Source: Deltaproteobacteria bacterium (GTDB lineage: Bacteria; Desulfobacterota; Syntrophia; Syntrophales; Smithellaceae). From it: 39,285 bases of DNA. Location: the NCBI GenBank assembly GCA_037133255.1, contig JBAXON010000001.1, forward strand, positions 1 through 39,285, read 5' to 3'. Below, one piece after another: positions 28,872 to 36,186 of the stretch; position 1 is the stretch's first letter; the number at the start of each line of letters is the position of its first letter. Below the pieces are notes generated by a model that was not told the DNA's origin, made no database searches, and worked only from the letters and a program-made list of their open reading frames with translations. The translations under genes were made by a program, and so were the position numbers.

Positions 28872-29210
28872 ATGAAAACAAAACAAAATATTGCTTTATT
28901 GCTTCTGATCATGGGCACAATTTTTTTCTTCGCGGGATGCGCCGATAAATCAAAAGAATTGCTGGTGGAAGATTACAAGAAAATGACCAATGAGCGACTG
29001 CTGGAATATTTCTATCAGGTCAATGATGAAATCGAGAAACAAGAAAAATCGTCCGGGCCATCGGTGGGCATTGGTATTGGTGGATTTGGCCGCCACAGCG
29101 GTGGCGGTTTAGGCGTTTCCTCCGGCGGCACTGGCTACACAGCCGAAGATTTAAGGGCGCGCCGAATCGAGCTTCGCCTGGAAATGAAAAGAAGAAATTT
29201 GAATCCCTGA
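28872..29210 (+). CDS. small lipoprotein with Gly-rich (glycine-zipper-like) segment
   Basis: Lipobox FFAGC. Gly-rich run GIGIGGFGRHSGGGLGVSSGGTG. SD GGGAGG. Confidence 0.7.
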   Translation: MKTKQNIALLLLIMGTIFFFAGCADKSKELLVEDYKKMTNERLLEYFYQVNDEIEKQEKSSGPSVGIGIGGFGRHSGGGLGVSSGGTGYTAEDLRARRIELRLEMKRRNLNP

Positions 29211-29250
29211 GTTTCAGTTTCAGTACAAATTTTTTTCTGACTCGCGGCAT

Positions 29251-29304
29251 AGTTGACAACTTGTTGACAACTATTAAAATCAATATTCAGAAAAGTTGTC
29301 AACT
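29251..29304 (+). promoter_or_regulatory. sigma-70-type promoter overlapped by three copies of the palindrome AGTTGWCAACT
   Basis: Palindrome copies at 29251-29261, 29262-29272 (TGTTGACAACT) and 29294-29304 (AGTTGTCAACT). Promoter elements are -35 TTGACA (29253-29258), a 16-nt spacer, and -10 TAAAAT (29275-29280). Confidence 0.5.
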
Positions 29305-29367
29305 AAAGATGACAAAAGAGTTATCCCGCATAGAATCTGTGGAAGAACATGTAGAGAGAGGTGCGTA

Positions 29368-31131
29368 ATGGGGCATTATTTCCGAATACTTCTATCCGTC
29401 ATTCTTTTTAGTATTTTCCTTGCCGCTTTATCTTTTGCTGCTGAAACCCGAGGGCTTAGCGTTGTTGCTAAAGATTCGTCAAGCGGCAGGCAGGGTGAAG
29501 TGCGGCTTTACAACAAAAGCTATGCTGTCATCATCGGGATTGATCGGTATTCAAACCTCCCCGCCGGCCGTCAGTTGCAAAATGCCGTTAAGGATGCAAA
29601 GGGTGTTGAGGATGTCCTGCGTAAGAACTACCGGTTCGATAAAATCATCACGCTGCATAACGATCAAGCCACTAAAGACCGCATCATGGAGGTGCTGACC
29701 GAGGAACTTCCCGCCCAGATGGGCAGAGATGATGCGCTATTTCTTTTCTGGGCAGGGCATGGCAATCAGGAGAAAAGTGAATATGGCGAAATTGGCTACC
29801 TTATCCCTTATGATGGCGCAACCGACAAGATCCGCAAGAATATTACCATGGCCGAAATCCGCGATACCGTCTCCAAGAAGATTCCCGCCAAGCATGTTTT
29901 TTATGTGATGGATGCCTGTTACAGCGGCCTTCTGACTACTCGATCTGTTGATGGCAAAACAAGGCGTGACCTTAGTTACCTCAAAGAGATCACCAAAGAA
30001 TCAGCAAGGCAAGTACTGACGGCAGGCGGCAAGGGCGAAGAGGCACTCGATGGCGGCCCCAAAGGGCATTCCGTATTTACCGGAAGACTGATCGAGATAC
30101 TGGAGAACGCCCCGGATTTTATTACTGCCAATGAGCTGCAAGCCAGCATCAAGGAGAAGGTTCATTCCGATGCCAGCGCCCGCAATCATACGCAGACGCC
30201 GGGCTTCGGCGCTCTCTATGGACTGGGAGATTTTGTCTTTATACCCAAGCAGCAGGACCGCTTAGGTGATCTGACCGGCACATCAGCCTCGCGTCAGAAG
30301 GAACTCGAGCAACTGCGCAAAGCGGAAGATGAAGCCAGCGCCGCCAAGAAGCGTGAACAGGCCGAGATTGCCAAAAAGGAAAAAGAATTGGCAGCGCTTG
30401 ATAAGCAAATTGCTGAAATGAAAGGTCGAATGGGAACATCGAATGCGAACTCCGACGATGGTCTCGATCAGATTCTCGCTTTAGCCGAGCAGAAAGAGCA
30501 ACAAGGCGAACGTCTGGAAGCACTACGGCAGCAAAGGGAGGCTGAAGAACGGAAACGTCAGCAAGAGATCGCTCGCCTCAAGCAGGAGGCACTGGTGAAA
30601 TTAGCCGTTCAAGTAAACACTGATCTGGCGAAGTATGAAAAAGTGGCAACGTCAAAATACGCCGGAGACCTGAAGGAAAGTGCCTGGAAGGCAATGGCGG
30701 CGAACTATCATGAAACCAAGAAGGTGAAGGTAGGTGATGTTGATGGGTTTCTTGCTGCCTTAGGATTAGCACGCCACAACAGTAAAGTTGTCACGGCATC
30801 TTATACCGACCCCCACACTGGTCTGAGTCTGATGTGGGCATGGCAGGACAACGGTAGCAGCATCAACTGGAATGACGCCAAAGCCTACTGCGAGAATTAT
30901 CGTGGCGGCGGTTATACGGACTGGCGGATGCCGACACAGGATGAGCTGGCGGGGCTATATGCAAGTGATGCCCATAAAGATAAAATAAAGCTAACCAATC
31001 ATTATGTATGGGCCGCGGAGACAAGCGGTTCCGATGCTGCCTACTTCCATTTCAACACTGGTGGTCGGTACTGGTACCACCAGTCAGGCGGCGACGACCT
31101 CCGGGCTCTCCCGGTGCGATCCATCAAATAG
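29368..31131 (+). CDS. secreted caspase-like (peptidase C14) protease with coiled coil and C-terminal DUF1566/Lcl-like domain
   Basis: I chose the ATG at 29368, which has SD GAGAGG and a signal peptide ...LSFA/AE. Catalytic His FWAGHGNQ and Cys VMDACYSG. About 110 aa of E/K/Q-rich coiled coil. The C-terminal GYTDWRMPTQDELAGLY is typical of DUF1566. Confidence 0.8.
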   Translation: MGHYFRILLSVILFSIFLAALSFAAETRGLSVVAKDSSSGRQGEVRLYNKSYAVIIGIDRYSNLPAGRQLQNAVKDAKGVEDVLRKNYRFDKIITLHNDQATKDRIMEVLTEELPAQMGRDDALFLFWAGHGNQEKSEYGEIGYLIPYDGATDKIRKNITMAEIRDTVSKKIPAKHVFYVMDACYSGLLTTRSVDGKTRRDLSYLKEITKESARQVLTAGGKGEEALDGGPKGHSVFTGRLIEILENAPDFITANELQASIKEKVHSDASARNHTQTPGFGALYGLGDFVFIPKQQDRLGDLTGTSASRQKELEQLRKAEDEASAAKKREQAEIAKKEKELAALDKQIAEMKGRMGTSNANSDDGLDQILALAEQKEQQGERLEALRQQREAEERKRQQEIARLKQEALVKLAVQVNTDLAKYEKVATSKYAGDLKESAWKAMAANYHETKKVKVGDVDGFLAALGLARHNSKVVTASYTDPHTGLSLMWAWQDNGSSINWNDAKAYCENYRGGGYTDWRMPTQDELAGLYASDAHKDKIKLTNHYVWAAETSGSDAAYFHFNTGGRYWYHQSGGDDLRALPVRSIK

Positions 31132-31135
31132 GTTA

Positions 31136-31292
31136 TTAGTGAGACTCCAATTTCTAATGAAACTTAGATATTAAGAGCACAGCGCTCTAATATCTATTAG
31201 TTAAATTATTCCGAAGTAACCTAATAACCTAAAGGTCACTGTAGGGTCACACGAGTTCATCTGCGATGCAGCGAAATTGGTAAGTCGAACTA
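31136..31292 (+). repeat. family-I repeat, outer copy R4 enclosing inner copy R5 (31153-31209) and module M
   Basis: The outer frame is TTAGTGAGACTCCAATTT...AAATTGGTAAGTCGAACTA. The inner copy is TAATGAAACTT AGATATTA ... TAATATCT ATTAGTTAAATTA. Module M is TAACCTAAAGGTCA...TCTGCGA at 31225-31266. Confidence 0.7.
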
Positions 31293-31322
31293 TCGCACAT
31301 AGACACTGTGTCGCAATCTTCG

Positions 31323-31462
31323 TTTGTCATTGCGAGGAGTCCCTTGGACGACGTGGCAATCCCAATACCATCAGCGGATTATGAGATTGCCACCCGGCGC
31401 AGGCTGTTCACTGTCGTGACCCCCACGCTTCGCTCGGGGCTTTGACTCACCGCAATGACAAA
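31323..31462. repeat. family-II element with TTTGTCATTGCGAG / CGCAATGACAAA termini
   Basis: Terminal inverted repeats, plus an internal inverted repeat TGGCAATC (31354-31361) / GATTGCCA (31385-31392). A related copy lies at 36084-36179. Confidence 0.7.
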
Positions 31463-31525
31463 TAGGGATTTTTCTATCTGTGATTTGTTCTTTTCTCCCT
31501 ACATTTTAGTCAGCCCTTTCTTCAC

Positions 31526-31554
31526 TTGATACAAAATTGTTCCAATTGCATAAT
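31526..31554 (+). promoter_or_regulatory. possible sigma-70 promoter upstream of the sigma-54 promoter
   Basis: TTGATA, 17-nt spacer, CATAAT. Confidence 0.3.
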
Positions 31555-31610
31555 CCTTTATGCCATCAATTAATCAGTAATATCCAATACTAAAGCAATA
31601 TGCTCCGCCA

Positions 31611-31625
31611 TGGCACTCTCCTTGC
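31611..31625 (+). promoter_or_regulatory. sigma-54 (-24/-12) promoter of the amt-PII-porin operon
   Basis: TGGCAC-TCTCC-TTGC is an exact match to the TGGCAC-N5-TTGC consensus. It lies 43 nt upstream of the amt ATG. Confidence 0.8.
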
Positions 31626-31667
31626 TCTTAAAAAATCCAAAAGAATATTTTTAAGGGGGTATGAAAA

Positions 31668-32900
31668 ATGAATTCGGGAGATACAGCTTGGGTGTTGATG
31701 TCCACGGCGCTGGTTTTGCTCATGACCATTCCGGGCCTGGCATTTTTTTATGGTGGGCTTGTTCGCAGAAAGAACGTTCTTTCCATTTTGATGCAGTGTT
31801 TTGTTATTTTGTGCGTCATCAGCTTGCAGTGGGTTTTGTTCGGTTATTCTCTGGCCTTCGGCCCGGATTTTCACGGAATCATCGGCAATTTAAGCTGGGC
31901 GGGACTCAAAGGTGTGGGCCCTATGCCAAACGCAGACTATGCCGCAACTATTCCGCATAGCGTTTTTATGATCTTTCAAATGATGTTCGCCGTAATCACT
32001 CCGGCTTTGATTATCGGCGCTTACGCGGAAAGGGTCAAATTCCCGGCCTTTCTGCTCTTCACCATTCTCTGGGCGACATTTGTCTATGATCCTCTGGCGC
32101 ATTGGGTTTGGGGCACAGGCGGCTGGCTCAAAAGCATGGGAGCTCTCGATTTTGCCGGTGGCATTGTAGTTCATGTCAGCTCCGGCATATCAGCACTTGT
32201 TCTGGCTATCATGCTTGGCCGAAGGATCGGCTACAACCATAAGCCAATTCGTCCGCACAACTTACCCTTTACTGTTTTGGGGGGAGCGCTACTATGGTTT
32301 GGCTGGTTTGGGTTTAATGCCGGAAGCGCACTGGCTGCCGATGGTATAGCCGCAAACGCCTTTATCACGACCAATACAGCAACAGCCGCCGCGGGATTAA
32401 CCTGGGCGCTCATTGAATGGTGGCACAATGGAACACCGACAATCCTGGGAACTGTTACAGGTGCAGTGGCAGGCCTTGTCGCGATCACTCCGGCCTGCGG
32501 TTTTGTCAATCCGATGAACGCTATGATCATTGGGATGATGGTTGCGGTGATTTGTTACCTGGCGGTTGCGGTGATCAAAGGCAAGCTTGGTTATGATGAT
32601 TCGCTGGATGCATTTGGTGTGCATGGTGTCGGTGGAATCTTTGGAACAATTGCTACCGGAATTTTCGCGCAAAAAGCGGTAAACGCAGCCGGTAACGACG
32701 GCCTTCTTTTCGGCAATGTTCATCAATTTCTGGTGCAAGGGTTTATCGTGATTGTCACCGTAGCCTTTGCGGCCAGCATGACCTTTATAATCTTCAAGAT
32801 AGTGGATGCTCTTGTCGGCATGAGGGTGGAAGAGAAAAATGAAATCGTCGGCCTTGATTTGACTCAACAAAGCGAAGCCGCATACACCGTGATTGAATAG
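31668..32900 (+). CDS. amtB: ammonium transporter
   Basis: 410-aa polytopic ORF. Amt signatures DFAGGIVVHVSSG and FGVHGVGGIFG. SD AAGGGGG. Confidence 0.95.
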   Translation: MNSGDTAWVLMSTALVLLMTIPGLAFFYGGLVRRKNVLSILMQCFVILCVISLQWVLFGYSLAFGPDFHGIIGNLSWAGLKGVGPMPNADYAATIPHSVFMIFQMMFAVITPALIIGAYAERVKFPAFLLFTILWATFVYDPLAHWVWGTGGWLKSMGALDFAGGIVVHVSSGISALVLAIMLGRRIGYNHKPIRPHNLPFTVLGGALLWFGWFGFNAGSALAADGIAANAFITTNTATAAAGLTWALIEWWHNGTPTILGTVTGAVAGLVAITPACGFVNPMNAMIIGMMVAVICYLAVAVIKGKLGYDDSLDAFGVHGVGGIFGTIATGIFAQKAVNAAGNDGLLFGNVHQFLVQGFIVIVTVAFAASMTFIIFKIVDALVGMRVEEKNEIVGLDLTQQSEAAYTVIE

Positions 32901-32911
32901 GAGGAAAAATC

Positions 32912-33253
32912 ATGAAACTAATTATTGCTATTATCCCGCCGCATAAGCTGGATTCTGTTAAGTCGGCGCTCGAAGATGTGGATGTGAATTTAATGACAGT
33001 TACTAACGTTCTGGGTCAGGGCAGACAAAAGGGCCTTACCGAAATTTATCGAGGCGCAAAAGAAGCAGGAGGACTCCTCAATAAGATTCGACTCGATATC
33101 GCCGTAAATGAAGATTTTGTCGAGCCCACGATTGCGGCAATTACCAAAGGCGCTCATACAGGCGATGTTGGAGACGGCAAAATATTTGTCGTCGATCTTG
33201 TCCAGTGCGTCCGCATCAGCAGCGCTGAGCGAGGGTCTGAAGCTATCGGCTAA
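32912..33253 (+). CDS. glnK: PII nitrogen regulatory protein (GlnK-type, T-loop lacks Tyr51)
   Basis: 113 aa. T-loop GRQKGLTEIYRGAKEAGGLLNK. B-loop TGDVGDGKIFV. Position 51 is Glu. Confidence 0.93.
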   Translation: MKLIIAIIPPHKLDSVKSALEDVDVNLMTVTNVLGQGRQKGLTEIYRGAKEAGGLLNKIRLDIAVNEDFVEPTIAAITKGAHTGDVGDGKIFVVDLVQCVRISSAERGSEAIG

Positions 33254-33288
33254 TGTTTACAATTTTAAAAAACAAGGAGAAATTAACG

Positions 33289-34233
33289 ATGAGAAACATG
33301 ACCACATTTAAACGATATTCTTATCTGGCTGTATTTTTGAGCTTCTTTATTGCACTGGCAGTAGAAGCGCCTTTGTGCGCGGAAGAAATAAAGAAGGATG
33401 CGGCTGCAACGCCTGTATCCGCGCCAGCACCGGAAGATTCGGTAACCGGCGAAGTTGCTGCTTCCGCCATGACTCAGTATATCTGGAGAGGGTATGAACT
33501 AAGCCGCAACAGTGCCGTTATTCAGCCATCTATGACCATTGGCTACAAGGGATTTACGGCGAATTTGTGGGGCAATATTGATACCCAGCCCTACTACGCT
33601 GGATCTCAAACAGGCAAAAGCTACGCAGGCACTTGGAATGAAACGGATCTGACTATCTCCTACGCCAAGACGCTGGGATTGTTCAATCTGGGAGCAGGCT
33701 ATATCTACTACAGCCTGAAAGCCCTGAATTCGGACGCCCCAACAAGGGCTGATGTCCAGGAATTTTTCGGCACCGTGGGTCTCAATACCCTGCTTAATCC
33801 TACCTTGACCGTCTACTACGAGGTAAGTCACTACCGAAACATGTACGCCCTCTTTTCCCTGACGCACACATTCGAGCTTCACAAGAGAGTGTCGCTGAAG
33901 CTGTTCGGCTCTGCAAGCTATCTGTATAGTACCTACGCCGATGCAACTCTCTTTGCAGAAGGTGCGGGATACGGCGGATATCCCAAGTTCGACAGTGATG
34001 CCAATGCCACGGATGAAAAGTTCCGTGACTTCCATGACGGTGTTCTCACAATAAGTCTGCCCATAAAAGCGACAGAAAGGATCACCGTGACACCCCTGGT
34101 GACATATATCTTCCCTCTAAGCGGAGCGGCAGGCGACGAAATGAAGGGGCAGGCTCTCAAGGGAGCTGCACAAAACAAGGATAAAGATAACACGTTTATT
34201 GTCGGCGGCATAACCGTAAGCTTCGCCTTTTAG
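33289..34233 (+). CDS. outer-membrane beta-barrel / putative porin (TorF/Gcw_chp-like)
   Basis: I chose the ATG at 33289, which has SD AAGGAGA. Signal peptide ...APLCA/EE. Alternating beta-strand pattern. C-terminal ...TVSFAF. The motif YIWRGYELS...IQPSMTIGYKGFTANLWGN resembles the TorF-family porin signature as I recall it. Confidence 0.75.
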   Translation: MRNMTTFKRYSYLAVFLSFFIALAVEAPLCAEEIKKDAAATPVSAPAPEDSVTGEVAASAMTQYIWRGYELSRNSAVIQPSMTIGYKGFTANLWGNIDTQPYYAGSQTGKSYAGTWNETDLTISYAKTLGLFNLGAGYIYYSLKALNSDAPTRADVQEFFGTVGLNTLLNPTLTVYYEVSHYRNMYALFSLTHTFELHKRVSLKLFGSASYLYSTYADATLFAEGAGYGGYPKFDSDANATDEKFRDFHDGVLTISLPIKATERITVTPLVTYIFPLSGAAGDEMKGQALKGAAQNKDKDNTFIVGGITVSFAF

Positions 34234-34306
34234 TAGGATGTTTATTCTATAAATATCAGATACATGATGAAACTATAAAAAGTCAAACCGCTTTTTTGTC
34301 ATTCCG

Positions 34307-34368
34307 GACTTGATCCGGAATCCAGTAATTTCAATAACGTCTGGATACCGGCCTCCGCCGGTATGACA
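34307..34368. repeat. family-III element TGTCAT-hairpin-ATCCAG...CTGGAT-hairpin-ATGACA
   Basis: TGTCAT TCCGGActtgaTCCGGA ATCCAG (17 nt) CTGGAT ACCGGCctccGCCGGT ATGACA. It has the same TGTCAT/ATGACA termini as family II. Confidence 0.7.
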
Positions 34369-34495
34369 ATTATTGAAATTTATACGAAGCCATCATAAGT
34401 GGTTCACACCTTGCAATAATAATTCCAAAACTAAAAAATCATTGCTTTTGGCACAATTTTGTTACAAAATACTTTTACGGTTGTTAAAATCGTCT

Positions 34496-36082
34496 ATGAG
34501 CAAAACTACAAAAAAATCTTTTCCTGAGAAAGAGCGCAAATTGAGTATTCATAGCTATGAAGAACTGGCCACATTACATGCGATAGCTAAAATTTTAGCC
34601 CAGCCTACGGATTTGCGTGATGAGCTGGAGCAATTCCTGCAGGAAATGAGTTCTCGTTTAGGCATGAAACGGGGCATGATATCTCTGTTTGACCGAGAAA
34701 AAAATGAGGTTTGGCTCGATATTGCTCATGATGTGGACATTGAAGGAATGGATGTAACATACAAGCCCGGAGAAGGGATTACCGGTGAAGTCGCCCAGAC
34801 CGGACGCCCGATGGCTGTGGCTAACTTGGGACATTCTACCCACTTCTTAGATCGCACCGGAGCGCGGCGTCATTTGAACAGATCGGAACTGGCTTTTCTT
34901 TGCGTTCCCATTATTTATGATGATAATGTTGTCGGAGTATTATCTGCCGATAAAATAGCGCTGGAAGTCGAAAATCTGGATCAGGAACTGGCCATGCTCT
35001 CCGCAATAGCCGAGCTTATGGCCAAAGCAGTTCATATTCGAGCTTTAGAAGAGGAAAACAAGCGGCTGAAAAAAATTGTCGGCAGCACGCGGGCACCCCT
35101 GGCAGATATTATAGGTCATTCTAAACCGATGCAGGAAGTATTCGGACTGGTTGCCCAGGTAGCCGATTCCAAAACTACAGTCTTAATTACCGGCGAAACA
35201 GGAACCGGCAAGGAACTAATTGCCCGCGCCATTCACATGAACTCACCTAGGCACAGTGGGCCAATGGTGCAGGTTAATTGCGCGGCAATCCCCGATACTC
35301 TTATTGAAAGCGAGCTTTTTGGCCATGAAAGAGGCGCTTTTACCGGAGCTCTGCAGCAGCGCCGGGGCCGTTTTGAAGAGGCCAACGGTGGCACAATTTT
35401 TTTGGATGAGGTAGGAGAGCTCTCCGCTGCGGCGCAGGTAAAGCTTTTGCGCGTTTTGCAGGAAAAAAAGTTTCAGCCGCTTGGTTCTTCGCGAGTGATT
35501 AATGTCAATGTCCGCATTATCGCGGCGACCAATAGAAACCTGGAACAAGATATTCTGGCGGAACGTTTTCGTGCTGATTTGTTTTACCGCATAAACGTTT
35601 TCCCTATATATTTACCGGCGCTGCGGGAAAGAGGCAGCGATATTATACTTTTGGCTGATCATTTTGTTTTGAAATACAGCAAGGAAATGGGCAAAAATGT
35701 TAAAAAAATATCAACTGCCGCGATAGAAGAATTCCTGTCTCACAAATGGCCGGGTAATGTGCGCGAGCTGGAGAATTGCATTGAACGAGCAGTTATCTTA
35801 TCCAATAGCGATACAATTGAGTGCCTGCATTTGCCGCCGTCTTTACATGTAAGAGAAACTAAAGTGGAAAAGAAGGAACACGGCAAATTATCATCTGTTG
35901 TCGAAGCGCAGGAAAGATCATTAATCATTGATACGTTGGAGTCAACCGGTGGAAATCAAACAAAAGCCGCCAAAGTTCTGGGGACAACAAAGCGTATCAT
36001 TCAATATAAAATTACCAAACTGGGAATCAATCCAAAAGTTTTCCGGAAAAACAATAAAGACAACGATGAAACAGCGTCGTAA
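34496..36082 (+). CDS. sigma-54-dependent transcriptional activator with N-terminal GAF domain (NifA-like architecture)
   Basis: GAF region, Walker [15 protein letters not shown] loop (ERGAFTGA), Walker [10 protein letters not shown], and a C-terminal Fis-type HTH ([22 protein letters not shown]). I chose the ATG at 34496. The ORF-track TTG at 34373 abuts the repeat. Confidence 0.9.
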   Translation: MSKTTKKSFPEKERKLSIHSYEELATLHAIAKILAQPTDLRDELEQFLQEMSSRLGMKRGMISLFDREKNEVWLDIAHDVDIEGMDVTYKPGEGITGEVAQTGRPMAVANLGHSTHFLDRTGARRHLNRSELAFLCVPIIYDDNVVGVLSADKIALEVENLDQELAMLSAIAELMAKAVHIRALEEENKRLKKIVGSTRAPLADIIGHSKPMQEVFGLVAQVADSKTTVLITGETGTGKELIARAIHMNSPRHSGPMVQVNCAAIPDTLIESELFGHERGAFTGALQQRRGRFEEANGGTIFLDEVGELSAAAQVKLLRVLQEKKFQPLGSSRVINVNVRIIAATNRNLEQDILAERFRADLFYRINVFPIYLPALRERGSDIILLADHFVLKYSKEMGKNVKKISTAAIEEFLSHKWPGNVRELENCIERAVILSNSDTIECLHLPPSLHVRETKVEKKEHGKLSSVVEAQERSLIIDTLESTGGNQTKAAKVLGTTKRIIQYKITKLGINPKVFRKNNKDNDETAS

Positions 36083-36083
36083 T

Positions 36084-36179
36084 GTCTTTGCGAGGGAGTG
36101 AAACGACCGAAGCAATCTCATAAGCATTTGATAACATAAAGATTGCCACACGCACTGTCGTGCGTTTCGCAATGACAAA
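36084..36179. repeat. family-II element (second copy)
   Basis: GTCTTTGCGAGGG...GCAATCT(22 nt)AGATTGC...TTCGCAATGACAAA. Confidence 0.65.
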
Positions 36180-36186
36180 CTATTTA

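Noticed and set aside
24395-31131. Patatin plus caspase-like protease as a CBASS-like or abortive-infection defence island
   Set aside because: - Both proteins carry export signals (a lipobox and a Sec signal peptide).
- No cyclase, sensor NTPase, nuclease or mobile-element gene is nearby.
- The intervening genes are an Mla-like envelope operon.
33499-34035. Long antisense or overlapping ORFs (also 17338-17799, 9085-9558, 18114-18539, 32397-32870, 13406-13750)
   Set aside because: They lie entirely within well-supported genes on the other strand or in another frame. They have low-complexity or Arg/Cys-rich composition and no SD. They are shadow ORFs.
34449-34463. A second sigma-54 promoter (TGGCAC-AATTT-TGTT) upstream of the GAF activator gene
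   Set aside because: The -24 half is perfect. The -12 element lacks the near-invariant GC (TGTT instead of TTGC). This needs position-weight-matrix scoring or transcription-start mapping.
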